A DNA stretch of 21,526 nt from Paramecium tetraurelia (Eukaryota), in assembly GCA_000165425.1 (NCBI GenBank), contig CT868141.1, positions 496,001-517,526 of the forward strand, written 5' to 3'. Shown one piece after another: positions 10,414 to 21,526 of the stretch. A program made the position numbers and the translations under genes. The notes beneath the pieces are model-generated. The model searched no databases. It was given only the letters and a program-made list of their open reading frames with translations, and was not told the origin of the DNA. The stretch's first letter is position 1, and each line of letters begins with the position of its first letter.

Positions 10414-12201
10414 TCAAGGCCAATGTTAAATTTGCTTATCTAAGAAGCTACTTATTCTTTGACCTAAATTTAAAAGGATGAAAATTACCATGAATAGTGG
10501 ATTTGATTGCTGTTTATTCATACTGATTCTACTACAAATGATCGGAAATATATTTTAATACATTGTGATCGCTTAGCACTAAGAATTTCTTAATTACATA
10601 ATTTGCATATTGATGATTAGCTAATACTACGAAATTGCTTGTGCTATTGAAATATTAAATATGATTTACTATTGATTAGGACTTTTGCAAAGTAGCCATT
10701 TCATAATAGAAATTAATTCTTGCTTGCCCAATGCTTCCAATGCTCGTTCAACAGTGTTACTAGCAATTTAGATAGTAAGAATAATACCTTGCATATTTAT
10801 TTATGCTAAGTTAGAAGAACTATTGCAAGACTAATTGAACTAGATAGGCTTTTTCTTGACTCGGGATCCAGTATTAGAGAATATGTTAAAGTACATAATT
10901 TCCATACTCTGTCTAACTCAAGATATTGTAATTTTAGACTGACAATCTAATGATTTTAGCGATTTGTTGTTGAGAATATTGTTAAATAATTTTGTGAATG
11001 ATTTTGCAACCATAGATTTGCTATCCCATGTAATTGAACTATGGATATGATGTATAAGAGATACTGATTCTTCGACTATGGGGATCATGAATTCCATCTT
11101 TAATTTATCAAAGGTTTCTAGCATTTTGAAAATCACATAGTTTCCATTCAAATCATATATCAAGGATCGCATATTAGATTGTAATTGTTACAAGATTATG
11201 ATTTGTAGATCATTTCGTTGGCAGGTATACTCAATCAATTTCTACATCACTCTGCAGCCGAAAGTGTTTTTGGATAAATCATAAAAGTGAGGCTTTAATT
11301 TATTGAACATCCTCTATTGCAATTTACTATTGGCTATAGATTGAATATTATATATACTGCATTCGAAGATCTTTTAAACAACATAATTGCCGAATATGTC
11401 CTTTTCCACTTAAGGTGTAACTCTTTCCAATTTCTACACAATCAATTCCTTCTATTGATGTGATCCTGACTCTATCATTTTCTGCAATTTCCTACTGACT
11501 ATCTGATTGCCCCATACTTAATCCTAAGATAGAATTTAAATCTTACCACCAAACTTGTAATGTACAAATCCATCTCAATATCAGGTTCATATATGGGACT
11601 CTGACCATCCATCACTGGAGAATAGATAGGCTGATTTAGATATGGTATTTGAGGATCCACCATGTCTTTAAAGTATTCAGTTTCACTCTTATCTGAATTC
11701 CAGAGTTCCTTGATAAATTTCAATGTCTGGGCATTCATCGAAGAAGTGACTGGGGATTGCTAATCTATTTGAGTGTCTAGATTTTATTCTCCTAGTTCCA
11801 ATTATGGCACTGTCTGTTATGGTTAGCAAGTCTTGTGCTTGGGTGATTTCCTAATCTACTCTTTATTGATCTTGAAACTTTGATATTTCTGTTTTATATA
11901 TAAGAGTAAATCTACTTATAGTTTGCATTTATGTTCTTCCTATTCATTTATGGTGTCAATATTTGCATAGTAATTATGATTGACTTCACTCTCCTTTGGT
12001 GAAGTGTCCAAAGTCATTTGTTCAAAATCATAAGTCAAAGTGTTACTCATTGGTGTCATCATGCCCAAGTTCCCCAATCTGTGATATATTTTGTTAGGAT
12101 TACTTCACTTTTTGCTAATCACTTAATTGACCCTCTCCATTTTCAGTTCCTTGAAAATCCTTAGGCAAAAAAGTCAGATTATCACTTAATGTGTTATTCA
12201 T
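10414..12201 (-). CDS. Pumilio/PUF family RNA-binding protein with 8 PUM repeats, ~527 aa
   Basis: Repeat cores are SRKLQK, DIFGNYVFQK, TFGCRVMQK, DLNGNYVIFK, IYGCKIIHK, EYGNYVLQH, KYASNTVER and QYANYVIKK. Introns are 12079-12103, 11889-11915 (3n, uncertain), 11524-11546, 11334-11357, 11039-11064, 10760-10787, 10644-10669 and 10464-10488. ATG at 12201, TGA at 10414-10416. Confidence 0.93.
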
Positions 12202-12372
12202 TTTGGAGATAATATTGATTAATTTAATAAATTAATAAATCTTTTATATTTTTTTAATTCGAAATCTTGCCCTCATTTAGACTATTTTATGAAAAAAAAT
12301 AGTATGATGTTGTAACATATTTATATTTCTTTATAAAATTTATTAGTGTATTTATTTTAAATTAGTACCAAC

Positions 12373-13364
12373 ATGTTAGAAGATGACGATGTTGAGATTA
12401 TACATTCTACTAACACCATCGACAATCAATATGAACAATATTAGAACCCTTAGTTCATACAGAACTTGAAAATGCAAAATCAAGTATGCTCGATTCTGAT
12501 TCTAGAAACTCTTATCAAGTAACAAGTCACTTGAAAGTGAAGCGTAATAATACAAAGGCTTATTGGAATAAACCATTGAAACACTTAGACAATCTTAAAA
12601 AGATGAAAACATCTTAAGTATGTAAATCCGATTTGCACATAGAACTCTAACTGTCTCAAAGACAAGGTATTATACAACTCCATTAAACGAATTCTAATGA
12701 ACCACAAAATGCTGCTGATATTGCCCCTTTAATAAAACTCAAAGATAGCAATTCCAGTACAATAATGTTTTAAAATTATTATTAATAGATAAAGACTCTT
12801 TGGGTAACAAATATACTAATGTATCCTCTAATTATGGCTATATGAATTCCTCTTTAGGTTCGCCACACACAGATCCCTATGAAATGGTATATATTCTATT
12901 CCCTATTATTATATTCAGTTTATTTCCTAAGCGCAAATCCTTCATCAAAGCATAAAAAAAGTTTAGGCCCTTTTTAAACAAAGTGAATCAACAACATCAC
13001 ATGAACTATCGAAGCTTATTTAGGAATTTGAAGAGAATGTTAATTAGTTTGCAGCAATCAACGATCAATTCATGTTTGAGGTAATAATGTTTATTGTTTA
13101 TCGACTCAGATCCATAGAACCATTGTGGATTAGAATGAATAAAAAAAAGAACTAGATGAATAATCCATATCTTCTGACAACTTACACTCATAACAAGGAT
13201 AATATTCTTAAATCTTTAAGGAAGATTTGGATACCAGCCAATTTGAGAATGAAGTTCAAATTAAATAGTAATTCGAATACTTCGAACTTTCCTTGGCCAA
13301 GGTTACAGAAGAGGAGAAGAAACAGTGGAAAGAATAATTACTATAATTAATTAATACACTTTGA
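12373..13364 (+). CDS. Hypothetical acidic, coiled-coil-like protein, ~283 aa
   Basis: ATG at 12373 (MLEDDDVEIIHSTNTIDNQYEQ...). Five GT-AG introns (12484-12505, 12618-12642, 12757-12788, 12887-12918, 13081-13109) give a continuous frame ending ...EEKKQWKEQLLQLINTL* at TGA 13362-13364. Confidence 0.82.
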
Positions 13365-13478
13365 ATATATATATATATTTTTAAGAGTGAAAAGTATGAA
13401 CTAGACTATTTTGGTATCATTTATATTAATTTGATATGATTAAATATATTAAAATTAAAAAATAATAAATAAAACAAA

Positions 13479-14174
13479 ATGCAATATCGATCAAAAAATG
13501 AATATTAAAAATTGTTTGATTTGAAAACAATCAAATACAGAATGGAAACACTTCCATCAACCAGTAGAAAAATACAAAATCATTCATTAACGAATAGATC
13601 CTAATAGAAAGAAAAAACAATTGCTAGTGATGTTGATGCCAACTCTAAAATTGATCGTTAGACTTACAAGCATTTCCTCAATTTCTAAAATAGAAGACCT
13701 ACTCTTAATGTATAAAAAAATGCTCTTTTTTAATCTGCTATTCCAAAATAATCATCAAACCCTTTAGAACCATTGCATTAGTAAACTTATAAATAAAATT
13801 AAACTTAAAATAAGTATCAAAGTTAAAGAGATATAATATTGAATACTAAATTCTTCGTTTCCCCTTGGCATTTACATAAAAAAATGAAACAAGAAAAAAA
13901 TCATTAAAATTAATAAAATGAATTACTGACTGATATCCCAACTAAAGAAAAGATTATCTATCTGTAAAGTAGCCAAACTGATTTTTTGGATCTAATACAA
14001 TAAAATGTCTGCCCTAATAAAAATTTTGGAATCAAAAGCAAGTATTAAGTTATCTCATATGCAAAATAACAAAATCCTCAATTAATTTCATTAAAGAAAG
14101 ATAATGAAAATTTTGATGATGATAATTCTGAATGTAATGTAGTATTCTTTAGATCAAAAAAAGCGTTATAATGA
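13479..14174 (+). CDS. Hypothetical intronless protein, 231 aa
   Basis: ATG at 13479 follows an A-rich leader. There are 232 codons to TGA at 14172-14174 under the ciliate code (MQYRSKNEYQKLFDLKTIKYRMETLPSTSR...ECNVVFFRSKKALQ*). No domain recognised. Confidence 0.75.
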
Positions 14175-14987
14175 TTTAATATATATGTATGTGTTCTTTT
14201 CTTATTTTAATTTTTACACATAACCTTAATTAATTAAATGGAACTCTCAACATTTATAAATTGCTTTATTGTATGTTCATTTTTGGAGGTAGATCTATTT
14301 TATTTCTTTGTGTATACTATTAATAACAACATGTTAATTAATGAATAATCTTTATAAAATAAAAATAAATTTATTACTGTTCATCTTTATGAAATATTTT
14401 GGTTGCTATATTTCAGCATATTTGATAACATACTTCAATATATTTGAAGGCATAAACATCTATTAGTACAATTTTTGATATTTTGCTTGACATAAATAGA
14501 AACATGTGGATCATTATAAATTTATCCGACAACTAAATAAAGTTTTAGTTTTTATTGATGTATGTTAATTATTTTGAAAATTTTACATTTTATGAACATT
14601 TTCCAAGTGTATAAGTAAATTATCAGAACGATTCTCTATTGGTGATTATAATCATAATAAGTATTATGCTCACTCAAATAAAATAATCAACCTTGAATAT
14701 TAAACTGTTTTTGACACAGATTACTATTGTGTTATGAATGATTATTAATAATTCAGATTATATAATTGTAATTTTTAAGGAATAACTTCAACATCCTTTT
14801 TTCATAAATTTCAAGTAACAGAAATTGTAATAAATGATTTTTGCGATAATTAGTATTATAGATATTTCATCTTTTTCCACAATGCAAAGCCTATTATGAT
14901 TTTGATCGCTTGAATCAAGTTTAATCAATTGAACTATGGTTTTTGTTGTTTATATTATCAATATATTATATAATTATAAAACGTATA

Positions 14988-16113
14988 ATGCATACTCTTA
15001 GGACAAGCCTACTATTATGTATGCTAATCCACATAAATTATGCAGGGTAAGCATAACAACTATTATTAGATCAGAAGCACTGAGCTTGTTGAATCAAATG
15101 CAACCAAAATTCTAAGAGGAATCTGATTTAGGATCTGAAGACCTAATATATAAGAAAGTCACCGAATAATTAAAATAGTAAAAGCCTTACTTGTAGATTG
15201 ATGAAGAGGATACTAAGAATGAGGTTTCCTTTAGAGAATTTTATAAAAGTGTACGATCTGGCAAACATGAGATAGTTCAAGATGAGGAGGAGATTAATAT
15301 TGTAGAACCAGAGCATAAGGAAATTGAAATTCAATCCTACTTATAAGAATTGAGTGATGGACTCGAACCATAAACTGAAACTATTGCAGAAACGGAACTT
15401 CAAACTGATCCTGAAAAGTTAGGAAAGTTCAAGAAATACTTTATAAAAGAAGAAGAACCTAAAGTTGAAGCTTAAGTAGAAACTAAAATAGAAAATAATC
15501 AAACTATTGAAAAGAAAATGACTCTGAGAGAGAAATTGGAAATGAAAAAAAAATAGGCTCAATAACCACCAGTTATGGCTGCAATTTAAATTAAATAAGA
15601 GGTTAATACCCAAGAATAAGTGGCTAATCCATCAGATTAGAATGTTGGTAAAACAACATTAATGAAAAAGATTGAAGAATTCAAGAAATAGAAACAATCA
15701 AAGGAAACATAAGAAACATAATAACCAAAAGAAGAAACTGTATAAGAGTAAAACATAAAACCAGTACATGAGAATCCTTTGAGAAAACTCTTAAATAAGA
15801 AGGCTGAGGAAAAAAAAGAAAAAGAAATTTAGTAATAAGTTGAGAAATCAGTAGAAGAGAAATAGGATGCATTATTAGGGTTAACTCAAGAAGTAGAATT
15901 AGAAAGCAAATATGTAGAGATTGAAGATTAGATAAATGGGTAAGAAAATAGAAATGTGGTGAATGAAGAAGAATCTTTAAATGTTGATCAGGATCCTTCA
16001 CAATCTCAAGGTGAAACTAATCTTGAAGAATTAGACTAAGAACAAGATGAATCTCATCAAGAGTATATAATATCTAATGAAAATATCAACATTAATGATG
16101 AAAATATTTAATA

Positions 16114-16165
<52 letters not shown>

Positions 16166-19100
16166 TAAAATTAAGAAGATGAATAATAATAAGAGTAATA
16201 ATAATAATAAGAATAATTAGATATTTAATAAATTGTTTAATAAGAATCTGAGTCACAACTTGAATCGAAAACTTAGATTGAGAATGAATCCTAGAGTTTT
16301 AAATCAGATTCATCAGATACTATTGTTTAAGAAGAAGTTCAAAACTAATAGGAAATATAAAATGATGAATAAATTAACCCGTCATTTGAGAATATTGAAT
16401 AAGAAGCAAATAATAATAATAATGAATAAGAGCAAGATTCTTAGATAACTTAAACGGTTGATAATGAAGAATAAAATGAAAATTAAGTCAATTAAGAAAT
16501 ACTTTAGGATGATCAAGAATAATAGAAATTTGAAGTGGAATAACCTTATGATGACTAATAAGAATTAGAAGATGAAACTTAGAATGAATAATAATAATAA
16601 TTAGGTAATGAAAATTAAGATGAAAAATTAATTGTAGATGAATAAACTGAAAACACATAGGATGAAGTAGAAAATAAAGAAATTCCTAATGAGAATTAGG
16701 TAGAAAATACATTGTCATAAGGTTTTGTGATGGAAAATAATGTAGAAACTTCAAATTATCTTGAAGAAGTGTAAGAAGCTGAAAAGCTAAAGAAAAAAAG
16801 AGAAGTAGAAGAGATAATTTAAGAAGAAGAAAGAATTAAACAAGAATTAGAATAAAAAAAATTAGAGGATGAGAAAAAATTAAATGAATTAGAAGAAGAA
16901 TAGTAACATTTGATCGATGAAAAATAAAAAGAAGAAGAATAAATTTAATAAGTTGAAAAATAAATTGAATTAGAGCAAAGTGAATTGTAAGATTTCGAAT
17001 CAGAAAAGGATGAATAATTATAAACCTAAGAGAAGGAAATAAAAAAAGATGACATTTAGGAAGAGCAACCTTAGCAAGAAACATTATAAGAAGCTCAAAA
17101 TGACTAGGTAGATAATAATTCCGAATAGGCCATAGAGGAATAGCCAGTTATTTAATAAGTTAAAATAGGGTCTAAAGAAATTAAATCTGATGAAGGTCCC
17201 ATTAAATCCTAAGATGAAACCTTAGAGAATGGTTTTAACATTGATGAATATGAAAGGTAATAACATAGAAATGAGGAAAAGGCAGAAGATGATGCATCTA
17301 ATTATGCATAAAGTAGTGAGTTGTTTGATAATCGTGATTATACTTCTTAAATTGTAAATGATTAAGAGGAACAAGTCATTGAATAATCAGTCCCAACGCT
17401 TTAGGTTAATGAATAATATACTGAAGATTTGTAATATGAACCTTAAATCTAAATAAGTTAAGAGGTTAGATTTGATGATATCTCCAATGAATAAGTCTTG
17501 AACAATTAAGAATAAGATGGATTAACTGATCAAAGTAACATCACAGTATTACCAATCACCGACAATTAATCAAATGAAACATAATATATCAGTCAAGATT
17601 AATTAGTCGAAGAACATTCAGGCAAAAAACAAGAGTAGTAACTATCTTTAGATAATCAAGTTGAGCAAGTTAATGAAGAAAACTAAATTTTTAAGGAATA
17701 ATCTTAAGATTCAATTGAAGATAATTTGAAAATAGAACGTTCAAATGAGAACATTAAGGGAACATAAAATTAAGTATATTCATAATAGGAGACATTAATT
17801 ATAGAAAGTGAAACTCCAAATTTAATACCTGTAGATGAAAGTTAATCTACCAGTTATTCATATGAGTAAGAAGCTGATAATGAAGACAATGATGTAGTGT
17901 AATTTGATGTATACAATTCATCCTCCAATATTGATACATAAAATAATGATTCTTAAATTGTAGATCAAATTAATACTCTTTAACAACCCACCATTGAGGA
18001 AGTGAAATAATAAGAAGTTGAAGACACATCAAATTTGCTTTCAGTCAACAAAATTCATTCTTTTTCCTTATTACAATAAGATATGAAAGTTGATGACACT
18101 ATTAAAATTGAATATATTGATTTAGAAACAAAGTAAGATTAATCAATTTCAAAGAATACTTTAATTCATCATAAGAAATAGTAAAGTAGTTTTTTGCAAC
18201 TAGAAGAAACTGAAATGGATTATAATGAAGAACACTTTGAGATCTTTATGGCTTAGAAGAAATAACAGGAACAAATGGAAAAAGAGAAAAAAAGAAAGAA
18301 GTTAAAAGCAAGAGAGGAAAAACAAAGAAAATTAGAAGAAGAGTAATATCAGTAAAAGTTAATATAATAAAAATAACAATAAGAAATTTTAAAGTAGTAA
18401 TAATAGTTGATTGAATTGCAAAATTAATAATTATTGAACAAACAAAAATACAAGATGGCAACTAAATAGAATAATTAAGTTATTTTGGAAAGTTAGCCTA
18501 TTAAAGGAGATAACTTTAGTCACTTGTAAAAGTAACAATCGCAAATTCAACTTTTAAATTAATAAATTGATACAGAATTTTCATTCTAGTAAATTCTTTC
18601 ACGAGTGGAAAAGGAATAAAGGTAAGGATAGAAACAACTTAGGAGCAACTCTAAACATATTAAGAATGCTGACTTAAATTTCTTTTAATTGACTGAAAGT
18701 AAAAGTTTTATAATAACTAGAATAATAATAAAATAAGATTTCCTTATAATCTTAAGATCTCTTTGAAGCCATTAAATAAGAGATTAAAGAATGCGATTTA
18801 AATAATTACACCAATAATTTGTGTTAGTTATGTTAAAGTGATGTAGTATATGAGATAAATGATGATAATTGGTACCTTATTGGAATAGCATATGGTTTAA
18901 AGTATCATAATTAATCAAATATAAAAGGAGACATTTCTAGAATCTTTTGAACACTGTGCAATATCACTTCAAGAATGCTAAAATCTATACTTCATTCAAC
19001 AAGGAACAATAAGTATGCCTCACATTAGGAGATTAATTCGAAATTGAAAATCTAGAAGAGATTCTCGGCTACTATAATAATCAGACTTTGCCTAGAAATT

Positions 19101-19547
19101 CTTAATTTTTAAAGATTCCACCCAAAGTATTTTATTATAAAGTATTTCAAGATTAAAGCAAATTTTGCTTAGATGAAGGTTGATTTGAATCAACATAAAT
19201 TTATGAATTTCAGTTTGAATGCTGCAATAAAAAATTAGGAACATCACAACGGATTCACAGTGACAGAATAACAAATTAAACTATCTTAAGATTTTGATTA
19301 CTTACAATAGGGCAGTATCCTATATCCAGGATAGTCTATTCCATATAAATTGAATATCTAGTCCAATGGAATCGAAAATATGTAATTAGAATTGAATCCT
19401 CAGATATATGAAAAGATTTTAGAAAACTATTTGGCAAAAAATTACTTACAATAGATATAAGTGACATATAGGGACATCTTAAAGAGTAATTTTGTAGTGG
19501 TTGATAATGATGAAGTCTTAGAACTTGAGATTACAATATAAAAATGA
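14988..19547 (+). CDS. Large predicted secreted Q/E-rich protein, ~1487 aa, with a ~250-aa higher-complexity C-terminal region
   Basis: The N-terminus MHTLRTSLLLCMLIHINYA resembles a signal peptide. A 3.6-kb TGA-free exon spans 15070-18698. Introns are 15047-15069, 18699-18720, 18902-18927 and 19127-19151; TGA at 19545-19547. No transmembrane segment is seen by eye. Confidence 0.87.
16109..16168 (+). repeat. (TAA)n microsatellite encoding a 20-residue polyglutamine tract
   Basis: Twenty consecutive in-frame Gln codons (18 TAA, 1 TAG, 1 CAA) lie inside the large exon of the 14988-19547 gene. Confidence 0.9.
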
Positions 19548-19736
19548 ACTAAAGCAATTTGTTAAACAAATATTATTATTTATGAATTACAATTTATACA
19601 TCTGATAATATCTGATTTCAGCATTCTAAATTCTTGTATTCATAACATCTACATCAATACGAAGATACAGATTTAAAATATAAATAATTGAAATTGATCA
19701 TCCATATTGATCATTATAATATATTAACATAAATTT

Positions 19737-21526
19737 TCATTTAAACAATTTCTTTAATTAATGTAATTAGATTGAAGTCTTCTATTGATTACCTTCTTAT
19801 TCCTCTTGATTTAGATCAATTCCATATGATTGATGTTTTTGTTATTCACTCAGATCTTATTTCAAAACATCAACAACTCGATCAGCCAAGAATGTTAAAG
19901 AAGGCAACATTTGTGACTATGGGATTAAAAATTCTTTAATGTTGAGTTCCTTTCTTAAAATAACTAATAATATTACATTTATCTAGCCTATTTAGCTAAT
20001 TGCAAACGCCTATAAACATTAGGATCAAGTGGTGCAGCATCTTCAATGATTGGCTTTTCAGGTTGTTCAGTTTATTCAAAATGAGCTGTATCTTACTCAT
20101 CCATCATTAGGGAAGCCTTTCTCTCTGTGCTTAGAACTGTTACATACTTGTAGTGATTATTCTGGCTTAAGTAAGAATATAATAAAGTTCTAATGATATT
20201 ATATGAATATAGTAAACCTGCCATTGATAGTTGCTGAGATTAATTTCTGAGAAGCAATTCCATGGAGAACTTTAGACTATTTAACATCTACAATCAATGC
20301 TTATTCATTGTCATATTAAATAGCAATTAAAAAGTCATTCAATTTACTGATTGATTTGGCCTTACCAAATTAGGTGATAATCTATTTTTTAGTATCCTAA
20401 TAGAATGTAATTGTTCCACCATTACAAACTAAAACACCAGATTAGTAAATATGAGCAACCTCAGGAGTTGTTTAATCCAAAGGCACCTCTTTAATAATGC
20501 TATTATTTTTTGTATTGATGTGCAATATACTCATAGAAGTGACTAAGACAATAGTGGTTTCATCTTTAATATATGCTGTTAAAATGTTTCTTCCTTTATA
20601 TCCATGTCCTCTGAAAACACAATTCCAGTTAAATTATCCTTTTGCTTACTTAATTTATTTCCATATTCTAATTTCTCCATTTCCCCAAGTGATTATTGAA
20701 TTATGTCCTGTATCCATTCCTTCAATCTCATAATCAGTAGTTGTTACAAGATTAAATTCAAAACTATTAATATTTTCAAAGATTGATAACGTCTACTTAA
20801 GTTCAGAACTCAAAACAACAATCAAAAATCTATCCAACATGGCAAACTATAATTTATATAATAAAAATACTTTATTAATTGTGGTTCTATCTCTTTTGTA
20901 TGAATCTTCAATATCAGACACATAATTTCGTTGTTATATAGGAATTATGTGTAATAGTGTTCCTTGATTAGGATGAATAACTTATAAGGTTCCATTTGCT
21001 CCTTATGTGATTAATTTATTCTAATAAGTGATGAAACTATTAGGATAAACATGATGAATTCCTTGAAAATAGGGTAATTTATTCTAGCCCATCAAGGAAA
21101 TCTATTTAATTTGATTGATTCCTTTTATATTAATAATGAGATTATCATCATTACTACACATAGCTACAATTTCTCCTCCTTATCTTGGAAAGAAGGCCTT
21201 TCTTGCAACTCTCAAATGCCATTATACTATGACACCTTCCTAACCAGCAGAATAGAGTGATGCTCCTGCAAATAACAATGCATTAATTTAATGAGCATGC
21301 CAATGGTCTTATTACACAATGATACCAGTCGAAAATTATAATAAGATTAATTAACCATTGCTCAATCCACAAGCCAAGAGATCTTGATCATCATCTAATT
21401 GCATAATAGTTACTGCAAGTCCGAATTCTCTAAGGATCTTGTCTTCATTGCCAATGACATGAATTTATTTATCATCTGCAATAATTAGTTGTTCCTTGTA
21501 TCCTGAATATTGAATGTAATTTATTT
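19737..21526 (-). CDS. WDR75: WD40 protein WDR75/Utp17/Nan1 (t-UTP/UTP-A, SSU processome); 5' part outside window
   Basis: DHWHAHQINALLFAGASLYSAGQEGVIVQWHLRVARKAFFPRQGGEIVAM matches the WDR75 HWH...SGG.E.VLV.W...FLPRLG signature. GAPGTLQVI...IQQRNYV and the C-terminal SQMLPSLTFL also fit. Introns are 20847-20870 (3n, inferred), 20190-20217 and 19954-19976; TGA at 19737-19739. Confidence 0.85.

Noticed and set aside
14433..14449. Inverted repeat CTTCAA-TATAT-TTGAAG
   Set aside because: A 6-bp stem is expected by chance in AT-rich DNA.
16109..16210. TAA tandem runs as a non-coding satellite, telomere or CRISPR-like array
   Set aside because: They are in-frame Gln codons within a continuous exon. 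There is no repeat-spacer structure and no G4T2/G3T3 telomeric repeat.
19548..19736. Possible C/D snoRNA or hairpin in the convergent gap (two TGATCA palindromes, repeated ATCTGAT)
   Set aside because: No proper RUGAUGA box C paired with CUGA and a terminal stem, and no recognisable rRNA guide sequence.
996..20733. Hydrophobic L/F/I-rich ORFs in the supplied track (e.g. 996-1319, 2269-2577, 15419-18461 minus strand, 20497-20733 plus strand)
   Set aside because: They are antisense shadows of K/E/Q-rich genes on the other strand, not membrane proteins. Only fragments at 4688, 7927, 8400, 10918 and 11499 overlap true reading frames.
1..21526. Germline IESs or Tc1/mariner transposons
   Set aside because: Apart from the RPL31 indels, all coding interruptions are explained by GT-AG introns. 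I saw no transposase motifs or terminal inverted repeats. A frame-neutral or intergenic IES cannot be excluded by eye.

Overview
AT-rich eukaryotic DNA read in the ciliate nuclear code (TAA/TAG = Gln, TGA the only stop), with about 35 tiny GT-AG introns of 22-32 nt and very short intergenic gaps. This is the signature of Paramecium (probably aurelia-complex) macronuclear DNA. The supplied ORF track uses the standard code and is mostly artefact. Re-translating by hand gives 12 genes: an AGC-type Ser/Thr kinase (3'-truncated), DEAH helicase DHX37/Dhr1, a hypothetical protein, a small PX-domain protein, a C3HC4 RING protein, ribosomal protein eL31 (with apparent homopolymer frameshifts), a second hypothetical protein, an 8-repeat Pumilio/PUF protein, two more hypothetical proteins, a ~1487-aa signal-peptide-bearing Q/E-rich protein, and WDR75/Utp17 (5'-truncated). 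I see no CRISPR array, transposon, IES, tRNA or rRNA, and no clear-cut novel multi-gene system. The best leads are the disrupted RPL31 copy, a 17-nt gap between divergent start codons, a PUF with non-canonical recognition residues, PUF-like elements just after two stop codons, and a giant secreted protein carrying SFLQ-type motifs.
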